Assembly (NCBI GenBank): GCA_965235115.1
Contig: OZ249436.1
Span: forward strand, 25,360,001 to 25,424,000
DNA length: 64,000 nt
Reading direction: 5' to 3'
Origin: Laetmonice hystrix
Taxonomy: Eukaryota
Shown: positions 1 to 11,800 of the stretch, in pieces
Numbering within the stretch: the stretch's first letter is position 1
Layout: each line of letters starts with the position of its first letter
Notes under the pieces: generated by a model
Seen by the model: the letters and a program-made list of their open reading frames with translations, nothing else
Database searches by the model: none
Told to the model about the DNA's origin: nothing
Program-made: the position numbers and the translations under genes

Positions 1-847
1 GCAACAAGGCATAGTAAGTCAATGCGACCTCGCATGTCAAACCTAACCCGCCCCCCAGCACATGAGGTGGAGATATTCAAATAGCTTGAAAACTAGAATA
101 TAGCTTTGCTTAATACCATTATACCATCAACTCGCATTACAGGCCTAATGCGAAGCTCCCAGCCTAAAACGAGTTTCCAATTAATTTAAAGTTAACAAGA
201 TGCACTAATAATCGATTCCAAGCCTAATTAGGCCATTGCTAGTTGGATAACCAAATCTCATACAAAATACACCCTCCCGGCAGATGACCTGAGAATATTC
301 AACTCTTATGTCCGATATATCCCTGTCCGCTTAGTAGCACCCAGCCGGGCCCCCATTTTGACATTGCAACACCAATACAGCAAGTGCCCAGCTAACAGCA
401 CAAATAACAGGATTCAGGGCTTCCTACCACGTTACAAGTCACAATAGATTGCTGCCTGTCGTAAAAATATACCAGACCATTTTAAAAAGTCACAGAACCC
501 CAATCCGGCCCTAATATGTCACTCCCAGTACCAATACACTCTGGAAGCACCATCAACTGAAATTCAGGCCTAGAACCCACCTCTCTCTACCAATATCATG
601 CACCTAGTCCGTATACGAGGTTGTAATTTACTTTAATCAACGGGCTGCGCCGCAGCAACCCACTCTGGTCTTTGCAATCTTTTTCAATATGCGTTAACAT
701 TTGTGACCAGCTCAACGCGCCTTGTAAAATTTTTCAAAGTGCGTAAAAGTGTGTGTCCACCCCGACACGCTTTCCAAACCACTATACCCACCGAGCGACA
801 TCCACTCAAATACAGGCTTCGACCGATCCTCACTGTGCCAATAATCC
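1..847. repeat. Subunit A of the dimeric satellite unit (first copy, boundaries approximate)
   Basis: Colinear with subunit B: ACAAGGCA (4/851), ATGTCAAACCTAA (34/888), GCTTGAAAACTAGAATATAGCTTTG, GCTCCCAGCCTAAAACGA, TTAACAAGATGCACTA, TAGTAGCACCCA, CAAGTCACA, TGTCGTAAAAA, CAAGTGCGTAAAA-like blocks. Confidence 0.9.
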
Positions 848-1754
848 GCCACAAGGCAAATTCAGTCAATGCAAGCTGGAAAATCGAATGTCAAACCTAA
901 TGCTCCCCCCCCCCAGCACGTTAACTGAAAAAAATCAACTAGCTTGAAAACTAGAATATAGCTTTGTTTAGCTAACAATCTACTCTCCCAGCGCCATCAA
1001 CTCGCATACAGGCGTAAAAGCAAACGCACTGCCCCATATAATGCTCCCAGCCTAAAACGATGTTGCAATTAATTTAAAATTAACAAGATGCACTAGTAAT
1101 CCGATCCAAGCCTAATTACGTCATTGCTAGTTTCATAACCAAATCTCACAGAAAATACCCCACCCGCGCACATAACCTGAAAATATTCAACTTTTATCTC
1201 CAATGTATCCCTGTGCACCTAGTAGCACCCAAGCGGGCCCAATTTTGACATTCCAACACAAATACCGCAAATAGCCGCCTAATGGCACAAAAAACTTTCT
1301 ACCCCGTTGCAAGTCACATTAGCTTGCTGCTTGTCGTAAAAAATGGTGCAGACCATTTCTAAAGTCACAGTACCCCACTCCCGGCCTAATATTACGTTTC
1401 AGTATCCATATACGCTGCAAGCGGCAAGAACTCGAATACAGGCCTAAAAGTAACCCCAGTCTAGCAATATCATACTCTCATGCCATATACGAGCTTGTAA
1501 TTATCTTTAATTAATGGGCTCCGCAGCACCAACCCACTGCATTAACATTTGTTTAACAGCTTAACGCACCTTGTAAAAAATTTTCAAGTGCGTAAAAATG
1601 CGTGTCCACCTCCACATACTTTAAAAATCACTATACCCACCCAGCGACATTCACTCTAATACACGCCTAAGAGGAACTTCACTGTCCCATTTGATTCTCC
1701 AGCACGTATAGGATGTTTCAAGTAACATTCATCCACGGTCTGGCCCAATAACGT
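848..1754. repeat. Subunit B of the dimeric satellite unit (first copy, boundaries approximate)
   Basis: Diverged paralogue of subunit A with the same block order. Carries the variable poly-C tract (~905-914) and an extra segment near 1690-1754 with no clear counterpart in A. Confidence 0.9.
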
Positions 1755-4700
1755 GCAACAAGGCATAGTAAGTCAATGCGAGCTCGCATGTCAAACCTAA
1801 CCCGCCCCCAAGCACATGAGCTGAAAATATTCAAATAGCTTGAAAACTAGAATATAGCTTTGCTTAATACCATTATACCATCAACTCGCATTACAGGCCT
1901 AATGCGAAGCTCCCAGCCTAAAACGAGTTTCCAATTAATTTAAAGTTAACAAGATGCACTAATAATCGATTCCAAGCCTAATTAGGCCATTGCTAGTTGG
2001 ATAACCAAATCTCATACAAAATACACCCTCCCGGCAGATGACCTGAGAATATTCAACTCTTATGTCCGATATATCCCTGTCCGCTTTGTAGCACCCAGCC
2101 GGGCCCCCATTTTGACATTGCAACACCAATACAGCAAGTGCCCAGCTAACAGCACAAATAACAGGATTCAGGGCTTCCTACCACGTTACAAGTCACAATA
2201 GATTGCTGCCTGTCGTAAAAATATACCAGACCATTTTAAAAAGTCACAGAACCCCAATCCGGCCCTAATATGTCACTCCCAGTACCAATACACTCTGGAA
2301 GCACCATCAACTGAAATTCAGGCCTAGAACCCACCTCTCTCTACCAATATCATGCACATAGTCCGTATACGAGGTTGTAATTTACTTTAATCAACGGGCT
2401 GCGCCGCAGCAACCCACTCTGGTCTTTGCAATCTTTTTCAATATGCGTTAACATTTGTAACCAGCTCAACGCGCCTTGTAAAATTTTTCAAAGTGCGTAA
2501 AAGTGTGTGTCCACCCCGACACGCTTTCCAAACCACTATACCCACCGAGCGACATCCACTCAAATACAGGCTTCGACCGATCCTCACTGTGCCAATAATC
2601 CGCCACAAGGCAAATTCAGTCAATGCAAGCTGGAAAATCGAATGTCAAACCTAATACTCCCCCCCCAGCACGTTAACGGAAAATAATCAACTAGCTTGAA
2701 AACTAGAATATAGCTTTGTTAAGCTAACAATCTACTCTCCCAGCGCCATCAACTCGCATACAGGCGTAAAAGCAAACGCACTGCCCCATATAATGCTCCC
2801 AGCCTAAAACGATGTTGCAATTAATTTAAAATTAACAAGATGCACTAGTAATCCGATCCAAGCTTAATTACGTCATTGCTAGTTTCATAACCAAATCTCA
2901 CAGAAAATACCCCACCCGGGCACATAACCTGAAAATATTCAACTTTTATCTCCAATGTATCCCTGTGCACCTAGTAGCACCCAAGCGGGCCCAATTTTGA
3001 CATCCCAACACAAATACCGCAAATACCCGCCTAATGGCACAAAAAACTTTCTACCCCGTTGCAAATCACATTAGCGTGCTGCTTGTCGTAAAAAATGGTG
3101 CAGACCATTTCTAAAGTCACAGTACCCCACTCCCGGCCTAATATTACGTTTCAGTATCCATATACGCTGCAAGCGGCAGGAACTCGAATACAGGCCTAAA
3201 AGTAACCTCAGTCTAGCAATATCATACTCCCATGCCATATACGAGCTTGTAATTATCTTTAATTAATGGGCTCCGCAGCACCAACCCACTGCATTAACAT
3301 TTGTTTAACAGCTTAACGCACCTTGTAAAATTTTTTCAAGTGCGTAAAAATGCGTGTCCACCTCCACATACTTTAAAAATCACTATACCCACCCAGCGAC
3401 ATCCACTCTAATACACGCCTAAAAGGAACTTCACTGTCCCATTTGATTCTCCAGCACGTATAGGATGTTTCAAGTAACATTCATCCACGGTCTGGCCCAA
3501 TAACGTGCAACAAGGCATAGTAAGTCAATGCGACCTCGCATGTCAAACCTAACCCGCCCCCCAGCACATGAGGTGGAGATATTCAAATAGCTTGAAAACT
3601 AGAATATAGCTTTGCTTAATACCATTATACCATCAACTCGCATTACAGGCCTAATGCGAAGCTCCCAGCCTAAAACGAGTTTCCAATTAATTTAAAGTTA
3701 ACAAGATGCACTAATAATCGATTCCAAGCCTAATTAGGCCATTGCTAGTTGGATAACCAAATCTCATACAAAATACACCCTCCCGGCAGATGACCTGAGA
3801 ATATTCAACTCTTATGTCCGATATATCCCTGTCCGCTTAGTAGCACCCAGCCGGGCCCCCATTTTGACATTGCAACACCAATACAGCAAGTGCCCAGCTA
3901 ACAGCACAAATAACAGGATTCAGGGCTTCCTACCACGTTACAAGTCACAATAGATTGCTGCCTGTCGTAAAAATATACCAGACCATTTTAAAAAGTCACA
4001 GAACCCCAATCCGGCCCTAATATGTCACTCCCAGTACCAATACACTCTGGAAGCACCATCAACTGAAATTCAGGCCTAGAACCCACCTCTCTCTACCAAT
4101 ATCATGCACCTAGTCCGTATACGAGGTTGTAATTTCCTTTAATCAACGGGTTGCGCCGCAGCAACCCACTCTGGTCTTTGCAATCTTTTTCAATATGCGT
4201 TAACATTTGTGACCAGCTCAACGCGCCTTGTAAAATTTTTCAAAGTGCGTAAAAGTGTGTGTCCACCCCGTCACGCTTTCCAAACCACTATACCCACCGA
4301 GCGACATCCACTCAAATACAGGCTTCGACCGATCCTCACTGTGCCAATAATCCGCCACAAGGCAAATTCAGTCAATGCAAGCTGGAAAATCGAATGTCAA
4401 ACCTAATGCTCCCCCCCCAGCACGTTAACTGAAAATAATCAACTAGCTTGAAAACTAGAATATAGCTTTGTTTAGCTAACAATCTACTCTCCCAGCGCCA
4501 TCAACTCGCATACAGGCGTAAAAGCAAACGCACTGCCCCATATAATGCTCCCAGCCTAAAACGATGTTGCAATTAATTTAAAATTAACAAGATGCACTAG
4601 TAATCCGATCCAAGCCTAATTACGTCATTGCTAGTTTCATAACCAAATCTCACAGAAAATACCCCACCCGCGCACATAACCTGAAAATATTCAACTTTTA

Positions 4701-5573
4701 TCTCCAATGTATCCCTGTGCACCTAGTAGCACCCAAGCGGGCCCAATTTTGACATTCCAACACAAATACCGCAAATAGCCGCTTAATGGCACAAAAAACT
4801 TTCTACCCCGTTGCAAGTCACATTAGCTTGCTGCTTGTCGTAAAAAATGGTGCAGACCATTTCTACAGTCACAGTACCCCACTCCCGGCCTAATATTACG
4901 TTTCAGTATCCATATACGCTGCAAGCGGCAGGAACTCGAATACAGGCCTAAAAGCAACCCCAGTCTAGCAATATCATACTCTCATGCCATATACGAGCTT
5001 GTAATTATCTTTAATTAATGGGCTCCGCAGCACCAACCCACTGCATTAACATTTGTTTAACAGCTTAACGCACCTTGTAAAAAATTTTCAAGTGCGTAAA
5101 AATGCGTGTCCACCTCCACATACTTTAAAAATCACTATTTGATTCTCCAGCACGTATAGGATGTTTCAAGTAACATTTATCCACGGTCTGGCCCAACAAC
5201 GTGCAACAAGGCATAGTAAGTCAATGCGAGCTCGCATGTCAAACCTAACCCGCCCCCCAGCACATGAGCTGAAAATATTCAAATAGCTTGAAAACTAGAA
5301 TATAGCTTTGCTTAATACCATTATACCATCAACTCGCATTACAGGCCTAATGCGAAGCTCCCAGCCTAAAACGAGTTTCCAATTAATTTAAAGTTAACAA
5401 GATGCACTAATAATCGATTCCAAGCCTAATTAGGCCATTGCTAGTTGGATAACCAAATCTCATACAAAATACACCCTCCCGGCAGATGACCTGAGAATAT
5501 TCAACTCTTATGTCCGATATATCCCTGTCCGCTTAGTAGCACCCAGCCGGGCCCCCATTTTGACATTGCAACA

Positions 5574-5871
5574 AGTTGATTATTTTCAGTTAACGTGCTG
5601 GGGGGGGGGGAGCATTAGGTTTGACATTCGATTTTCCAGCTTGCATTGACTGAATTTGCCTTGTGGCGGATTATTGGCACAGTGAGGATCGGTCGAAGCC
5701 TGTATTTGAGTGGATGTCGCTCGGTGGGTATAGTGGTTTGGAAAGCGTGTCGGGGTGGACACACACTTTTACGCACTTTGAAAAATTTTACAAGGCGCGT
5801 TGAGCTGGTTACAAATGTTAACGCATATTGAAAAAGATTGCAAAGACCAGAGTGGGTTGCTGCGGCGCAGC
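5574..5871 (-). repeat. 298-bp inverted fragment of the satellite unit (unit positions ~644-940)
   Basis: AGTTGATTATTTTCAGTTAACGTGCTGGGGGGGGGGG...GGTTGCTGCGGCGCAGC is the reverse complement of the unit. The 61-aa ORF found on - elsewhere lies on + here (5646-5831). Confidence 0.97.
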
Positions 5872-8800
5872 ACTAATAATCGATTCCAAGCCTAATTAGG
5901 CCATTGCTAGTTGGATAACCAAATCTCATACAAAATACACCCTCCCGGCAGATGACCTGAGAATATTCAACTCTTATGTCCGATATATCCCTGTCCGCTT
6001 AGTAGCACCCAGCCGGGCCCCCATTTTGACATTGCAACACCAATACAGCAAGTGCCCAGCTAACAGCACAAATAACAGGATTCAGGGCTTCCTACCACGT
6101 TACAAGTCACAATAGATTGCTGCCTGTCGTAAAAATATACCAGACCATTTTAAAAAGTCACAGAACCCCAATCCGGCCCTAATATGTCACTCCCAGTACC
6201 AATACACTCTGGAAGCACCATCAACTGAAATTCAGGCCTAGAACCCACCTCTCTCTACCAATATCATGCACATAGTCCGTATACGAGGTTGTAATTTACT
6301 TTAATCAACGGGCTGCGCCGCAGCAACCCACTCTGGTCTTTGCAATCTTTTTCAATATGCGTTAACATTTGTAACCAGCTCAACGCGCCTTGTAAAATTT
6401 TTCAAAGTGCGTAAAAGTGTGTGTCCACCCCGACACGCTTTCCAAACCACTATACCCACCGAGCGACATCCACTCAAATACAGGCTTCGACCGATCCTCA
6501 CTGTGCCAATAATCCGCCACAAGGCAAATTCAGTCAATGCAAGCTGGAAAATCGAATGTCAAACCTAATACTCCCCCCCCAGCACGTTAACTGAAAATAA
6601 TCAACTAGCTTGAAAACTAGAATATAGCTTTGTTAAGCTAACAATCTACTCTCCCAGCGCCATCAACTCGCATACAGGCGTAAAAGCAAACGCACTGCCC
6701 CATATAATGCTCCCAGCCTAAAACGATGTTGCAATTAATTTAAAATTAACAAGATGCACTAGTAATCCGATCCAAGCTTAATTACGTCATTGCTAGTTTC
6801 ATAACCAAATCTCACAGAAAATACCCCACCCGGGCACATAACCTGAAAATATTCAACTTTTATCTCCAATGCATCCCTGTGCACCTAGTAGCACCCAAGC
6901 GGGCCCAATTTTGACATCCCAACACAAATACGGCAAATACCCGCCTAATGGCACAAAAAACTTTCTACCCCGTTGCAAATCACATTAGCGTGCTGCTTGT
7001 CGTAAAAAATGGTGCAGACCATTTCTAAAGTCACAGTACCCCACTCCCGGCCTAATATTACGTTTCAGTATCCATATACGCTGCAAGCGGCAGGAACTCG
7101 AATACAGGCCTAAAAGTAACCTCAGTCTAGCAATATCATACTCCCATGCCATATACGAGCTTGTAATTATCTTTAATTAATGGGCTCCGCAGCACCAACC
7201 CACTGCATTAACATTTGTTTAACAGCTTAACGCACCTTGTAAAATTTTTTCAAGTGCGTAAAAATGCGTGTCCACCTCCACATACTTTAAAAATCACTAT
7301 ACCCACCCAGCGACATCCACTCTAATACACGCCTAAAAGGAACTTCACTGTCCCATTTGATTCTCCAGCACGTATAGGATGTTTCAAGTAACATTCATCC
7401 ACGGTCTGGCCCAATAACGTGCAACAAGGCATAGTAAGTCAATGCGACCTCGCATGTCAAACCTAACCCGCCCCCCAGCACATGAGGTGGAGATATTCAA
7501 ATAGCTTGAAAACTAGAATATAGCTTTGCTTAATACCATTATACCATCAACTCGCATTACAGGCCTAATGCGAAGCTCCCAGCCTAAAACGAGTTTCCAA
7601 TTAATTTAAAGTTAACAAGATGCACTAATAATCGATTCCAAGCCTAATTAGGCCATTGCTAGTTGGATAACCAAATCTCATACAAAATACACCCTCCCGG
7701 CAGATGACCTGAGAATATTCAACTCTTATGTCCGATATATCCCTGTCCGCTTAGTAGCACCCAGCCGGGCCCCCATTTTGACATTGCAACACCAATACAG
7801 CAAGTGCCCAGCTAACAGCACAAATAACAGGATTCAGGGCTTCCTACCACGTTACAAGTCACAATAGATTGCTGCCTGTCGTAAAAATATACCAGAGCAT
7901 TTTAAAAAGTCACAGAACCCCAATCCGGCCCTAATATGTCACTCCCAGTACCAATACACTCTGGAAGCACCATCAACTGAAATTCAGGCCTAGAACCCAC
8001 CTCTCTCTACCAATATCATGCACCTAGTCCGTATACGAGGTTGTAATTTCCTTTAATCAACGGGTTGCGCCGCAGCAACCCACTCTGGTCTTTGCAATCT
8101 TTTTCAATATGCGTTAACATTTGTGACCAGCTCAACGCGCCTTGTAAAATTTTTCAAAGTGCGTAAAAGTGTGTGTCCACCCCGTCACGCTTTCCAAACC
8201 ACTATACCCACCGAGCGACATCCACTCAAATACAGGCTTCGACCGATCCTCACTGTGCCAATAATCCGCCACAAGGCAAATTCAGTCAATGCAAGCTGGA
8301 AAATCGAATGTCAAACCTAATGCTCCCCCCCCCAGCACGTTAACTGAAAATAATCAACTAGCTTGAAAACTAGAATATAGCTTTGTTTAGCTAACAATCT
8401 ACTCTCCCAGCGCCATCAACTCGCATACAGGCGTAAAAGCAAACGCACTGCCCCATATAATGCTCCCAGCCTAAAACGATGTTGCAATTAATTTAAAATT
8501 AACAAGATGCACTAGTAATCCGATCCAAGCCTAATTACGTCATTGCTAGTTTCATAACCAAATCTCACAGAAAATACCCCACCCGCGCACATAACCTGAA
8601 AATATTCAACTTTTATCTCCAATGTATCCCTGTGCACCTAGTAGCACCCAAGCGGGCCCAATTTTGACATTCCAACACAAATACCGCAAATACCCGCCTA
8701 ATGGCACAAAAAACTTTCTACCCCGTTGCAAGTCACATTAGCTTGCTGCTTGTCGTAAAAAATGGTGCAGACCATTTCTAAAGTCACAGTACCCCACTCC

Positions 8801-11800
8801 CGGCCTAATATTACGTTTCAGTATCCATATACGCTGCAAGCGGCAGGAACTCGAATACAGGCCTAAAAGCAACCCCAGTCTAGCAATATCATACTCTCAT
8901 GCCATATACGAGCTTGTAATTATCTTTAATTAATGGGCTCCGCAGCACCAACCCACTGCATTAACATTTGTTTAACAGCTTAACGCACCTTGTAAAAAAT
9001 TTTCAAGTGCGTAAAAATGCGTGTCCACCTCCACATACTTTAAAAATCACCATACCCACCCAGCGACATTCACTCTAATACACGCCTAAGAGGAACTTCA
9101 CTGTCCCATTTGATTCTCCAGCACGTATAGGATGTTTTAAGTAACATTCATCCACGGTCTGGCCCAATAACGTGCAACAAGGCATAGTAAGTCAATGCGA
9201 CCTCGCATGTCAAACCTAACCCGCCCCCCAGCACATGAGCTGAAAATATTCAAATAGCGTGAAAACTAGAATATAGCTTTGCTTAATACCATTATACCAT
9301 CAACTCGCATTACAGGCCTAATGCGAAGCTCCCAGCCTAAAACGAGTTTCCAATTAATTTAAAGTTAACAAGATGCACTAATAATCGATTCCAAGCCTAA
9401 TTAGGCCATTGCTAGTTGGATAACCAAATCTCATACAAAATACACCCTCCCGGCCGATGACCTGAGAATATTCAACTCTTATGTCCGATATATCCCTGTC
9501 CGCTTTGTAGCACCCAGCCGGGCCCCCATTTTGACATTGCAACACCAATACAGCAAGTGCCCAGCTAACAGCACAAATAACAGGATTCAGGGCTTCCTAC
9601 CACGTTACAAGTCACAATAGATTGCTGCCTGTCGTAAAAATATACCAGACCATTTTAAAAAGTCACAGAACCCCAATCCGGCCCTAATATGTCACTCCCA
9701 GTACCAATACACTCTGTAAGCACCATCAACTGAAATTCAGGCCTAGAACCCACCTCTCTCTACCAATATCATGCACCTAGTCCGTATACGAGGTTGTAAT
9801 TTCCTTTAATCAACGGGCTGCGCCGCAGCAACCCACTCTGGTCTTTGCAATCTTTTTCAATATGCGTTAACATTTGTGACCAGCTCAACGCGCCTTGTAA
9901 AATTTTTCAAAGTGCGTAAAAGTGTGTGTCCACCCCGACACGCTTTCCAAACCACTATACCCACCGAGCGACATCCACTCAAATACAGGCTTCGACCGAT
10001 CCTCACTGTGCCAATAATCCGCCACAAGGCAAATTCAGTCAATGCAAGCTGGAAAATCGAATGTCAAACCTAATGCTCCCCCCCCCCCCAAGCACGTTAA
10101 CTGAAAATAATCAACTAGCTTGAAAACTAGAATATAGCTTTGTTTAGCTAACAATCTACTCTCCCAGCGCCATCAACTCGCATACAGGCGTAAAAGCAAA
10201 CGCACTGCCCCATATAATGCTCCCAGCCTAAAACGATGTTGCAATTAATTTAAAATTAACAAGATGCACTAGTAATCCGATCCAAGCCTAATTACGTCAT
10301 TGCTAGTTTCATAACCAAATCTCACAGAAAATACCCCACCCGCGCACATAACCTGAAAATATTCAACTTTTATCTCCAATGTATCCCTGTGCACCTAGTA
10401 GCACCCAAGCGGGCCCAATTTTGACATTCCAACACAAATACCGCAAATACCCGCCTAATGGCACAAAAAACTTTCTACCCCGTTGCAAGTCACATTAGCT
10501 TGCTGCTTGTCGTAAAAAATGGTGCAGACCATTTCTAAAGTCACAGTACCCCACTCCCGGCCTAATATTACGTTTCAGTATCCATATACGCTGCAAGCGG
10601 CAGGAACTCGAATACAGGCCTAAAAGCAACCCCAGTCTAGCAATATCATACTCTCATGCCATATACGAGCTTGTAATTATCTTTAATTAATGGGCTCCGC
10701 AGCACCAACCCACTGCATTAACATTTGTTTAACAGCTTAACGCACCTTGTAAAAAATTTTCAAGTGCGTAAAAATGCGTGTCCACCTCCACATACTTTAA
10801 AAATCACTATTTGATTCTCCAGCACGTATAGGATGTTTCAAGTAACATTTATCCACGGTCTGGCCCAACAACGTGCAACAAGGCATAGTAAGTCAATGCG
10901 AGCTCGCATGTCAAACCTAACCCGCCCCCCAGCACATGAGCTGAAAATATTCAAATAGCTTGAAAACTAGAATATAGCTTTGCTTAATACCATTATACCA
11001 TCAACTCGCATTACAGGCCTAATGCGAAGCTCCCAGCCTAAAACGAGTTTCCAATTAATTTAAAGTTAACAAGATGCACTAATAATCGATTCCAAGCCTA
11101 ATTAGGCCATTGCTAGTTGGATAACCAAATCTCATACAAAATACACCCTCCCGGCAGATGACCTGAGAATATTCAACTCTTATGTCCGATATATCCCTGT
11201 CCGCTTAGTAGCACCCAGCCGGGCCCCCATTTTGACATTGCAACACCAATACAGCAAGTGCCCAGCTAACAGCACAAATAACAGGATTCAGGGCTTCCTA
11301 CCACGTTACAAGTCACAATAGATTGCTGCCTGTCGTAAAAATATACCAGACCATTTTAAAAAGTCACAGGACCCCAATCCGGCCCTAATATGTCACTCCC
11401 AGTACCAATACACGCTGGAAGCACCATCAACTGAAATTCAGGCCTAGAACCCACCTCTCTCTACCAATATCATGCACCTAGTCCGTATACGAGGTTGTAA
11501 TTTACTTTAATCAACGGGCTGCGCCGCAGCAACCCACTCTGGTCTTTGCAATCTTTTTCAATATGCGTTAACATTTGTAACCAGCTCAACGCGCCTTGTA
11601 AAATTTTTCAAAGTGCGTAAAAGTGTGTGTCCACCCTGACACGCTTTCCAAACCACTATACCCACCGAGCGACATCCACTCAAATACAGGCTTCGACCGA
11701 TCCTCACTGTGCCAATAATCCGCCACAAGGCAAATTCAGTCAATGCAAGCTGGAAAATCGAATGTCAAACCTAATGCTCCCCCCCCAGCACGTTAACTGA

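Noticed and set aside
815..835. CENP-B box
   Set aside because: TTCG is present but the required downstream CGGG at the right spacing is not.
684..947. Recurrent 61-65 aa ORFs (MTEFALWR..., MTSSTRLV..., MSTPTRFP...) as a tandem gene family
   Set aside because: They overlap in three frames, begin at TTG/GTG rather than ATG, have no recognisable domain, are lost in some units, and recur only because the satellite does.
1..1754. Tandem 5S rRNA, snRNA, tRNA, spliced-leader or histone gene cluster
   Set aside because: The unit size fits, but I recognise no such gene or Pol III box B on either strand by eye. An Rfam/Infernal and tRNAscan-SE search would be decisive.
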